DNA of 64,000 bases from Candidatus Aldehydirespirator sp. (GTDB taxonomy: Bacteria; Actinomycetota; Acidimicrobiia; Acidimicrobiales; Aldehydirespiratoraceae): NCBI GenBank assembly GCA_965248735.1, contig OZ252146.1:3505605-3569604 (forward strand), given 5' to 3'. Below the pieces are notes generated by a model that was given only the letters and a program-made list of their open reading frames with translations, was not told where the DNA came from and did no database searches. Positions 32,801-44,800 of the stretch are shown piece after piece. A program made the translations under genes and the position numbers. How positions within the stretch are numbered: the stretch's first letter is position 1; each line of letters begins with the position of its first letter.

Positions 32801-35800
32801 GCGAGGGACCGTGGCTTCCCCACGAGCGCATCAGCGAGTCTGCAACCGGCACGCCCGCGGCTTCAACCTCGCTCGATGCCAGTCTCAGCGCCATCACGGT
32901 CAACGGCGCGGCGATTCCCAACGTTGCAATGGACCGCGGCAACTACACGGTGGGCGTCGCCAGCTCGGTCGCGACGGCGACGGTGATCGGCACACCCAGG
33001 GATGTCGGCGCGACCGTTTCGTGCATCGACGACTCCGATCCGGTGGCCGACGGATGCCAGGCCTCCCTCACTGAGAATGGCAGCACCGAAGTCCAGCTCA
33101 CCGTGACGATAGGCACCACCGTCGGCAACTACACGATCACGATCAACCGCGGGCGAGGCGGGACCTTCCACTGGAAGGCGTCGCAGGACATCTACGGCCT
33201 GGACGCATCTTTGACCACGAGCTTCCCGCGGGGCATCTGGAGCGACGGCACCACGCTGTGGGTGGTGAACAACGGAACACCGAAAGGGTTGTTCGCCTTC
33301 GATCTGGAGACCGGGGCGCGCCAACCCCAAGCGGACATCGTGCAGACACTCGCGGAGACTCAGGCCAGCCTGCGCGGGCTCGCCGGAGCCGACGAGATGA
33401 TATTCGTGGCCGACTCCAAACCCACCAATGCCCTCCGGTACACCAAAGTGTTCGCCTACACCCAGGGCTCGAGCGGCGACTGGCAGCACAACCCACTCCT
33501 CGATCTCACCGGCTCGTCCGTGGGACTCCTGGACACGAACACAATTCAGGGCATCTGGACGGACGGCGAGGTGCTCTGGGGATCCGTCGGAGGAGCCATT
33601 CGCGCCGTTTGGCTCACCGGCCCGAGCAGGAACCAGCGCCTACCGGCGAGAGACTTCGGTATTGCGTCACTCTCACAGTTCCGCGGCCTATGGTCCGACG
33701 GCGAGACGATGTGGGCTGCGGAGTCCTCCGAGATCCGTGCCTACGACATGCTGACCAGAGCGCACGTTGCGAGCAAGTCGTTCGACAGCGACCACCTGCG
33801 GGTGCCAGGCTCGACGGTCGATCCTTGGGGCATCTGGTCCGACGGCGAGACGATGTGGGCCGTCGACAGCGTCAAGGGGAACGCCTACTCCTTCGAGATG
33901 CCCGTCTCGAACAACGCGACGCTGCAACACTTGCGGATCGACGGTGTGGACGCTGCGGAGTTCGACCGGGAGCTGAGCAGCCAGACCCTCGGCCTTGCCA
34001 ACGACGCCTCTACCATCACCCTCGACGCGCGCCCGCGACACTTCCAGGCCGAGTACCTCATCACCTCAACCGACGACGACAGCATGGAAGGGCACCAGAT
34101 CGACGTATCGGGCGCGGCCAAGACCTTCACCGCCACCGTTACCGCGCAGGACGCCGTGACGACGAAGACATACAGCATCGAGATCGGGCGCCTGCCCGCG
34201 CTGATCGTCGGCGCCGACGCGACCCCCGGCCCCAACAGCCTGAGCGTCGGCTGGAGCGCGCCCTCCGACCCGGGCTCATCGGCCGTCACGAGCTACGACC
34301 TGCGCTACGCGGCGACACAGACAGAGCGGTTGCACGAGGATTCTCGATGGACCGAGGTTCCCGGCGTCTGGCAGACCGGGGGCGGCACGCGGTCGCACCA
34401 GATCAGCGGTCTCGACCCGAGAGACGAGTACTACGTGCAGGTCCGCGCCAACAACGGGGTCGGCTCCGGCCCGTGGATGCCGCACTCACGGATCGGCGAG
34501 TCGGGACGCGGCACGCCACAGGCCTCCGGCTCCGATGTCTCTTCACTGAGCAGTCTCAGCGTCAGCCCGGGGGCGCTGTCGCCCGGCTTCGACGCCGGCA
34601 CGACCGGCTACTCCGTGGAGCTGGGCTTCTCGGTCGAACGGATCACCGTTGCCGCCGCGACGACCGACTCGAACGCCGACTACGAGATCCTGGGAGGCAG
34701 CGAGCAGACAACGCTGGTCGACGCCGACCCGAACACGCCCGGATTCGAGGTGGATGTCCCCGCGGGGGCCTACACGATCACGGTCAGCGTGACCTCCCAG
34801 CATCTCCTCGAATCGACCGACTACACGATCAGCATCACCCGGGCCGCCGCCGCAACCGATGCCAATCTGTCGGTCCTCTCGCTCAACGACGCCGATCTCG
34901 ACGAACTGCTGGACTTCGACACCGCCACGACCTCCTACACCTTCGCTGTCCCGAACGACTCTGCTCGGATCACGGTGACGGCGACGGCGCGCAGCGCGAG
35001 GGCCACGATCGCCTTCCTCGACGGCGCCTCGGGCACAGTCGAGCTCCCGGACGCCGATCGGAGAGCGAACGGCTTCCAGATCGATCTCATCGGGGGCCAA
35101 CAGAAGACGTTCAGGGTCGTGGTGACCGCGGAGTCCGGCACCAAGAGGACGTACACGCTGAGAGTCACCCGCTCCCAGCCGCGGGTCGGCGTGGAGGTCG
35201 TGCCGCCCCTCGACGGCGACGCGAACGAGATTCCCTATGTCGAGGGCGACTCGCTGAACTTCACGGTCTCCTTGGGGTCGGCCCTGTCGTCAGACGTCGA
35301 CGTGGCCTACACATTGACCGGCGACATCGTAGCTGGGGCGACCTCGGGCACGGCCAGGATCGTCGCCGGCCAGACCTCGGTCGATGTGACCGTGCCGACC
35401 AGCGGCAACACGCTCTACTCCGACCACCACACGGTGACGCTGACGCTCACCGCTCCCGGCGACGGCGCCTACGCATTCGTGACGAACAAGCAGTCGGTCG
35501 CCGTCGAGGTTCGCGACGACGACTTTCCCGACATCAGCAATGCCGTTGCCGATATGGAAGTGGACGGCACGAGCGTGGTGGAGGGGGGCACCGTCACCGT
35601 GACGGTGCGGATTGAGTTGGACAGCCTCACAGACTTCCCCCACGCGAGTTCGACGCCTGTCCGGCTCTACACGGCAGACCGTCCAGCGAACACGCCAGGA
35701 GATAAAGCGACCGCGGGCGACGACTACCAGGCGCTGGACGTACAGGTCTCCATACCGCCGGAGAACTTCGAAATCGGCAACGGCTTCTTCGGCCCAACAA

Positions 35801-38800
35801 TTGTCGGGACCGCCACCCTCGAGATTCCGATCCTCTTCGACCCCGAGGCCGAGGCCGCCGAGCAGTTCGACGTCCACCTCTCCGACAGCCGCTTCGCATA
35901 TGCCTTCGTAGTCACCCGTTCGCAGACCATCACGATCGCGGCGAACGCGGCAGCCTCGACCGAGGCCGCGCTGGGCTCGCTGAGCGCGTCGCCCGCGGCG
36001 CTCACTCCAGACTTCGCCCCGACGACGTACTCATACGCCGGGTCGGTGGCCAGCACCGTCACGCAGGTGACGCTGGCCGCCGCGCCCAGCGACCCCGACG
36101 CCCACCTGGTGGAGTACCTCGACGACAACAACGACGCGATCGTCGACGCCGACGGCAACGAGGGCAACGGCCTCCAGGCGGCGCTGGCGGTCGACCGCAA
36201 CGTGTTCACGGTGAGAGTCACCGCGGAGGACCGCGCCACCACGCAGGACTACACCGTCACCATCACCCGGCGCCTGTCCGATGTGGCCACCCTCAGCGCC
36301 CTCACGATCCGCGACAGCGCGGCCACGGGCACGTTCACCCAGTCGTTCTCCACCAACTGCAACACCTGCACCCACACCGCACGGGTCGACGGCGACGTGG
36401 AGCAGCTGACGATCACGCCGACGCCGACCGACCAAGACGCCTCGGTCAGCTACCACCGCGGCGATACCGAGCTGTCCGACGCCGACACCGCAACGGCGGA
36501 CACGTTCGAAGTCGACCTCGCGGAGGGCGACAACGTGATCGAGGTCAGGGTCACCGCGGGCGACGGCACAACCACCAAGAGCCATACCCTGACCGTCACC
36601 CGGGCCAGCGACAAACCCGTGGCCAGCGTCCGTGCGCCCACGGGCACGCCCGTCGAGGGCGCCACCCTGGCGTTCGCGGTCAGGCTGTCACGAGCAGCCG
36701 AAGCGGACATCACCATCGGCCTCAGCGCAACACAGACCGGCACCATGATCGTCGCCAAACCACCGAGCGTCACGATCGCGGCGGGCGACACCTCGGCCAC
36801 CGCCGAGGTGACCACCCAGGCCGATCTCATCTGGGAGGAGCACTCCGAAATCACGCTGGAGATCGACGCCAGCACCAACGACGACTACACCGTGAGCGGC
36901 TCCGCCGGCAGCGCCACAAAGACCGTCCAGGACGACGACTTCCCACTCGGCGATGCGGTGCTCGCCCTCACCGCAGACACCGTCGACGAAGGCACATCCG
37001 TCACCGCCACCGTGACCGTCACGACACGGGGCGACGAGCAGCCGCACACCGCCAGCGGGCACATGGTGATAGCGACCGAGGACGGCGTCGGCAGCGGCGG
37101 TGCCGTCTCGCCGGCCGACTTCACGGCTGTGACCGCCCGGCGCTTCAACCTGCCCATGAACAGGTTCACGCAGGTGGACGTCGACGACGATCCCGTAGCG
37201 GAGGACCCTCGCTGGCGGGCCGCCTATGAGCTGACGATCAACACCGTCAACGATGCCAACCCCGAGGTCGCGGAGACGTTCGACGTGCTGCTCCGCACCG
37301 ACTCCACCAGCGAGCACGCCGACAAGCTGTCGGTGTCGGGCTCGCCGGCCACGGCCACCATCCGCACCAGCGACTTCGCCGAGGTGAGGATCAGCAGCAC
37401 GAAGTCCGACAGCACCGAGGGCGCCAGCATCAGCTACACCGTCACACGCTCGGGACCGGCGGCGACAGCGGACATCGTCGTCAACCTGGCCGTCGAAGAA
37501 GACGGCGACATGCTGTCGGCGAGCGACGAGGGCGAGCGGACGGCGACCATCCCCGCCAACCAGAGCTCGACGACGTTCACGCTTCCGACGCAGACCGACA
37601 CCATCTACGAGGAGCACTCCACGATCACGGTCACCGTCGTCGACGGCGGCGGCTACACCCACCGCGAGGCGACCGGCCGCGCGACCGACGTCATCGACGA
37701 CGACGACTTCCCCGCAGCGCAGGCGACGCTGGCCGTCTCCGCGCCCCAGCTCGACGAGGGCGACACCCTGACGCTGACCTACACCGTCACCACCGACGCC
37801 AACGAGATCCCCCACCGCGGCACCGGCCTGCTGCGGGTGGCGGCCGCGTCGGGCACGGCCACTGCCGGGCTCGACTTCGCCGGGCTCGACGAGCAGCTGG
37901 ACTTCGAGGTGGACGACTTCGAGGAAGTCGACGTCGACGACACCGTCAGCGGTGAAGACCTGCGCCGGCAGGCCACCAAGGAATGGGAGATCCTGATCAC
38001 CGACGACAACTCCGGAGAACGGGCCGAGACGTTCACCGTCTCGCTGCGCAGCATCAGCGGCGGATCCAACCCGACCGCGGCCAACATCGACATCGCACCC
38101 TCCGACCCCGCCGAGCTCACGGTCACCATCGGCCCCAGCGACCTTCCGATCATCAGCATCACCACGGACACGGCAACCGTCGTCGAGGGCAACGCCATCG
38201 AATACACCGTGGCCCGCAGTTTCGCCACGACCGAGGCGCTGATGGTCACGGTCGTCGTCACCGAGACCAGCACCCTCGCCGCCGCCGGCGAGACCGGCGA
38301 CCGCACAGTCACCATCGGTGCCGGCCGGCCGTCGGCGACGCTCATCGTGGCCACTTCGACCGACACCGAGTGGGACGAGCACGGAACGGTAACGGCGGTG
38401 GTCGTCGCAGGCGACGGCTACACGGTCAGCGACAGCCGACGAGCGGCGACGCGCAACGTGGAGGACAACGACTTCCCCGAGGCCAGCCTCAGCCTGCAAA
38501 ACAGTCCCGCCACGGTCTGGGAAGGCTTCGACCAATCGCTCGGGTATCTGTTCCTGACCGCCGACGACCACCAGCCCCACAAGTCCACCGGCGAGTTCAT
38601 CCTCTCGATCCTCGGCGGCACCGCGGTCGTGGGACCGCGGGGCGACGGCGTCGACGTGATCGAATTCGAGCCGCTGGTCTTCAGCGTCGACGCGGGCAGC
38701 TTCACGCGAGTCGACCTCGACCTCGGCCCGGGCTTCGACTGGCGTTGGAGCGCGAGCACAATCACCTCGCGACGCCTCAATGTGGTCGATGACATCGATG

Positions 38801-41800
38801 AGGAGGCCCTCGAACAGTTCAGCCTCAACCTCGTCGCGGCGATCATGGTCGACTCGTCCAACCCCGCCGATGGGAACATCATGGTGACGAGTCCCGGCGT
38901 GATCCAGATCAGTGCCAACGACATCGATCTCAGATCCGAGGACGCCACCCTCTCGGGCCTAGATTTGAGAACCGACAACTCCATCCCGGCCCTCTCTCCC
39001 GGCTTTGTGGGCAACCAGCTCGAGTACACGGCCACGGTGGCGTTCGCGGAAACCGAGCTCACGATCACCCCGACCACCAACGACATGAACGCTTCGGTGA
39101 CCTACCGGGAAGGAACCATCGGAAGTCTCACAGCGGTCACCGGCGGCTCATTCCAGGTCAACCTGGCCGAGGGCCCCAACGTGATCGAGATACATGTCGC
39201 GGCCCATGATCCCCGCTACACGGAGACCTACACGGTTGCCGTCACCCGCCAGCCGCAGGTGAGCATCGCGGTGAAGACCACCGGAGCGGTCACCGAGGGC
39301 GGCCACGTCGAGTTCACCGTGACCCGCAGCCGGGCCAGCGACGCGGACCTCGTCGTCGACCTGACAGTGACCGATGTCGGCGATGTGATCGATCCCGATG
39401 GCGAGGGCGCCAAGCAGGTGACGATTCCGGCCGATCAGCGGTCGGCGGACTACACCGTGACCACCAGGGGCAACACGGCGTACGCAGCGCGCGCCGAGGT
39501 CACCGTCGCGGTCACCGGCGGCGATGGGTACACGCCAGCCACCACGGGCGGCAGCGCCAGCAAAGACATCCGAGACGACGACTTCCCCGGAGCGGAAATC
39601 ACCCTGACCGTGGACAAGAACACAGCCGCGGAGGGCGAGTCGGTCACCGCCACGGTGACCGTCCAGGTCAGCAACACGGACATTCTGCACGCAGGAGTGG
39701 ATGCCGGCGTGATCGTGCTGAGAGCCTCGGACACCGCATCGTCGACCCCGGGAACCGACTACTCGTTCACCGAGATGGAGTTGCCGTTCAACTACGGGGA
39801 CTTCTCCCCCGAAGACATCGACCCCGGAAACCCCCAGGACTTCCGCTCCACGGCACGCAGGACGGTCACGATCCGGATCACCGATGACAACGTTACAGAG
39901 GGCGACGAGGACCTCACGCTGCTGCTGGTCCGCCCCGACCGGCAGCAGCAGCCCGACGCCCTGCATCCCAACATCAGGCTCGGCACGGCAACCGCAACCG
40001 TCACCATCCCGGCCAACGACTCGGCCGACGCCACTCTGAGCGCTCTCGCCCTGACAGACGGCACGGACAGCATCGGGCACCTCGACCCGGCGTTCCGCAC
40101 GAGCGTGACCGAGTACCGCGCCGGAGTGGGCTTCGACACCACGAGCGTCACGCTGGCAGCGACGGCCCACCACGAGGAAGCCCGGGTCAGCATCGCCGGG
40201 CGCGCCCAGCGGGACCGAACTTCCAGCGAGACGCTGAACCTGCGCGTGGGCGAGAACGTCCTCACCGTGGTGGTCACTGCCGAGAACGACACAACGACCC
40301 AGACGTACACGGTCAGGGTCACGCGGGCCCCCCAGGTCACCTCGCTCACCCCGACCGCCTCCGACCCGGCAGCCGCCTATGCGACCACCGCGACCTACGA
40401 CATCGTCTTCCGCGGCCACTGGAACCAGCAGGTGACACCGCCGAGAGTGCCCGCGAACGCGCACTTCACCGCGCTGGTCGGCGGCGTCCACGGCGACGCC
40501 GTGAGCTTCCTCACCGCCGGAGGGCAGGCCACCGCCGGGGTGGAAGCCATGGCCGAGACCGGCGCCACCCAGGGGCTGCAGGCGGAGGTCCAGATCGCCA
40601 TGGACGCCGCCGACCCGACCGCGTACGGCACGTTCCGGCAGACTGTCGGCGGCGGCCCCACCGCCGTCGCAACCCTGAACGAGATCGTGTTCACGTCCGA
40701 GTTCCCCCGCCTGACGCTGACTTCGATGATCGCCCCCACGCCCGACTGGTTCGTGGGCGTCTCGGGCCTGCCGATGCTCGACAACCAGGGGCGCTGGCTG
40801 CGGGAGCGCACTGTCAACCTGTATCCCTGGGACGCGGGAACTGAGGACGACGTCTCCGACGACAACGGCTTCAGCTTGGGCGGGCTGGACACCGACCCGC
40901 AGGAGAACATCCGGAGCCTGCGCGGCGCCGGACCGTTCACGATCGAGCGGATCGCCTCCCTCGAGGTCACCCTGCACTCCGTCGCCACGATGCGCGAACT
41001 CGACGAGAACACCGGCGCGGGCGTCAACATCGGAGCGGCCGTGGCCTCGCCGGCGGCCCCGCCGGCGGGCAGCGGAACGATCACCTACAGCCTCGCCGGC
41101 GCCGACGCCGGCTCATTCGAGATCAACACCACAACGGGACAGCTCCGGGCCAAGTCCGGCGTGGACTACGACTTCGAGGCCAGGTCCGGGAACAGCTACG
41201 CGCTGACCGTCGTGGCCACCGACGCAGGCCCGGACCCCGAGGTGGTGACCAACATCGATGTCACCATCATTCTGCGCAACGTGGAGGAGGCGGGCGAACT
41301 GGCGGTTGCTCCCGCAGCGGCCGGCGTCAACGTGCTGCTGACGGCGTCGCTGTCTGACCCCGACGGGGGCGTGGCCGACGAGACTTGGAGATGGGAGCGC
41401 TCCGACAACGGCGTCAGCGGCTGGAGCGCGATCGCCAACGCCGACACCGCAACCTACATCCCGGTCGCCGACGACGAGGCCAAGTACCTGCGGGTGACGG
41501 TGACCTACGACGACGCGCAGGGGATGGGCCGGAGCCTCAGCCAGGTGCTGGGCCCCGTGGAGGCGCCGGCTCAGCTGAGCGACGACAGCACACTGAGCGC
41601 GCTGTCACTGAGCGGCCTCACCCTCAACCAAAGCTTCAGTTCGAGCGTCACCACCTACACCGCCGCAGCCGACTACACGACGGTGCAGACCACCGTGACC
41701 GCCACCGCCGGCGCCGCGGCCGACGGGGCGGCGGTCCAGATCCTGGACGGCAACGGCGACGCAATCCCCGACGCCGACGATCGGACCGGAGGCCACCAGG

Positions 41801-44800
41801 TTGCGCTCACCATCGACGTGAACGTGATCGTGGCGAAGGTCACCGCGGAGGACGGCTCGTCGCAGTCGTACACGGTGACAGTGACCCGCGCCCAGCCGAC
41901 GGTCACCGTCACCGCGCCCGCGGCGACGCTGACCGAGGGCAGCACGGTGCCGTTCGTGGTGAGCCGCTCGGAGGCGGCCGGGGACGGCTTGGTGGTGAAG
42001 GTGGAGGTCAGCGAGGTGGGCGAGATGGTGGCCGCCGCGAACGAGACGGTGCACACGGTCACGATCCCCGCCGACGCCCAGAGTCTGCGGCTCGAGATCG
42101 CCAGCGTCAGCGACGAGTCTTGGGAGGCTCACGCCGTGGTGACCGCGGCCGTGCAGGCCGATGCGAGCTACACGGTGGGCAGCCCGGGCTCGGCGGAGCA
42201 GACCGTTTCCGACAACGACTTCCCCGACGCCGAGGCCGTCCTCGAGGTGACCGACGAGGTCGACGAAGGCGGATCGGCCACCGCCACCGTGACGATCACG
42301 ACAGCGGGCGATCACATGCCGCACGAGGACTCGGGTCCGATCCTGGCAAGCACACAGACCGGCTCGGCGGGCGGTGGTGATTTCACGGCGCTCACCGCGA
42401 TGACCGGCACGCTGGAGTTCGCGGCGGACGATTTCGTGGCCGGGAACGGAGACAACGGCTGCCCCACCGGCACGTACTGTCTGAGCCAGAGCGTGGACAT
42501 CGCGATCACCGACGACGACCTGGCCGAGAACGCTGAGACGTTCGCGGTTGCCATGGCCAGGGTGAATCCGGCCAATCCGTCCGAGGCCCGAACCGACGGC
42601 GCGATCACACTCGACGGCACGAGCACGCCGCAGACGGTGACCATCCGACCGAGCGACCGTTCCAGCGTCAACACGCTGGGCAGCCTGAGCCTTGACGGCA
42701 CCGTGCTGACAGCCGCGTCGGACGGGAGCTACGCAGCGACCGTCAACTTCGCCGACGAGCAGATCACCGTGGTTGCCGCCGCGGGAGACAACACCGCGAC
42801 GGTGTCGTTCCTCGACCAGAACGACGCCGAGCTCGACGACGCCTCGACGATTCCGGGCCATCAGGTCGATGTGGTGATCGGAGAGACCGTGTTCAAGGTG
42901 CTGGTCACCGCCCAGGACACCACCGCAGCGACCTACACGGTGACGGCGACGCGGTCCGGGCCGGTGCTGACGCTGAGCGTGACCGCCACCGAGCTGACCG
43001 AGGGCGGCAACGTGGTGTTCACAGTGTCGCGCAACGGGGCCACGTCGGACACCACTGCTTTCGAGCTGGCGGTGACTGAGACAGGCGGGCCGATGGCAAC
43101 GGCCGGACTCAGCACCTCGCCGCTGTCCCTGTCCATCGGCAGCGGGCAGAACTCGGTCACCCACACGGTGCCCACCGAGGGCGACGACAACTGGGAGCCC
43201 CATGCCCAGATCACCGCCGCCGCCACCTCGGCCTACAGGTTCGAGAACGACACCAACTCGATCACCAAGGAAGTGCTCGACGACGACTTCCCGGCCGCGG
43301 AGGCCGTGCTCACCGTGTCGCCGACGACGATCGCGGAGCGGGACGGCGCCACGGTGACCGCGACGCTGACCGTCACAACCGACGCCAACGAGCAGCCCCA
43401 CAAGGCCAGCGGCACGATCCGGCTGGCCACCGCGCCGAACACGGCGAACACGAGCGACTACCAGGCGATCAGCTCGACTGCGGGCGCGGTGAGCTTCGAC
43501 GCCGCAGACTTCGCTGAAGTCGACATCGGCGGCGGGGTGATGCGCTGGCAGGCGAGCCGGGCGGTGCAGATCGGCATCGTCGACGACGCCATCAAGGAGC
43601 CGCAGGAGCAGTTCAGTGTCACGATGGCGGTCACGACGGGATCGAGGCCGACCGACGCGCACATCCGGCTGCACGCTGATGCCGAGTTCGTGGTCAGCAT
43701 CGATCCGAGCGACCGTTCCAGCGACGCATCGCTGCAGAGTCTCGGGCTCAGTGCGGGTCGCCTGGACACCGCGTTCCAGTCGGGAACCATCGCCCACACC
43801 GTGACGGTGCCGTTCGGGAGCCCCCGAATCACCGTCAGCCCGCAGGCCACCGACTCGAACGCCGTGTCGGTGGAGGTGCTCGACGGCACTGACCAGACCG
43901 CCGAGGTGGACGTCGACCCGAACACGCCGGGCACGCAGGTCGACCTTGAGCTCAACACGCCGAGGGCGATCGCCATCACGGTGACTGCGGAGGACACCAC
44001 CACGATGCGCACCTACACCCTGACGATCACGCGCCAGTTGCCCGAACTGACGATCAGCGTCACCGACGACGAACTGGCCGAAGGCGAAAGCGTAGTCGCG
44101 ACGATCAGCCGTGACGCCGCCACTGATGAGACGACCGCGTTCACCCTGAGCGTCAGCGAGGACGGCACGATGGTCGATGACGTGCTCGAGACGGACGGCG
44201 TGACGTACCTGATTCAGGCCGAGCAGACCGCGTTCGAGCTGGAGATCCCCACCCAGGCCGACGACGTCTGGGACGCCGCCTCGACGGTCAGCGTGGAACT
44301 CGAGGAGAACGACGCCGCCTACAGAACGTCGGGCCCGCTGACGGTGACCGCCGCGGTGAGCGACAACGACTTCCCCGAGGCGGCCGCGGTGCTGGCCGTG
44401 TCGAGCGACACCGTCGACGAGAGCCAGACGGTCACGGCCACGGTGACCATCACGACGGCGCGTGCCGAGCAGCCCAACGAGGACGGGGGCAAGCTGCTGG
44501 TGAGCACGTCCGACGGGCCCGACCCCGACGGTGCCGGCAACGGAGCGCCGGCCACCGCAGGCATCGACTACCGAGCGCTCACCGCGACGACGGGAGAGTT
44601 GACCTTCCGCCAGCAAGAGTTCGTCGAAGGGGACGAGACGAACGACTGCCCGGTCTCTAGGTGGTGCGCGAGCAAGAACATCGAGATCGCCACCCTCGAC
44701 GACAACGAGAGCGAGCAAGTCGAGCGGTTCACCCTCAGCCTGGCTGCGGTCACGACCGATCCGGACCCGACCGATTCCAACATCGCGCTCGACCCCGACC

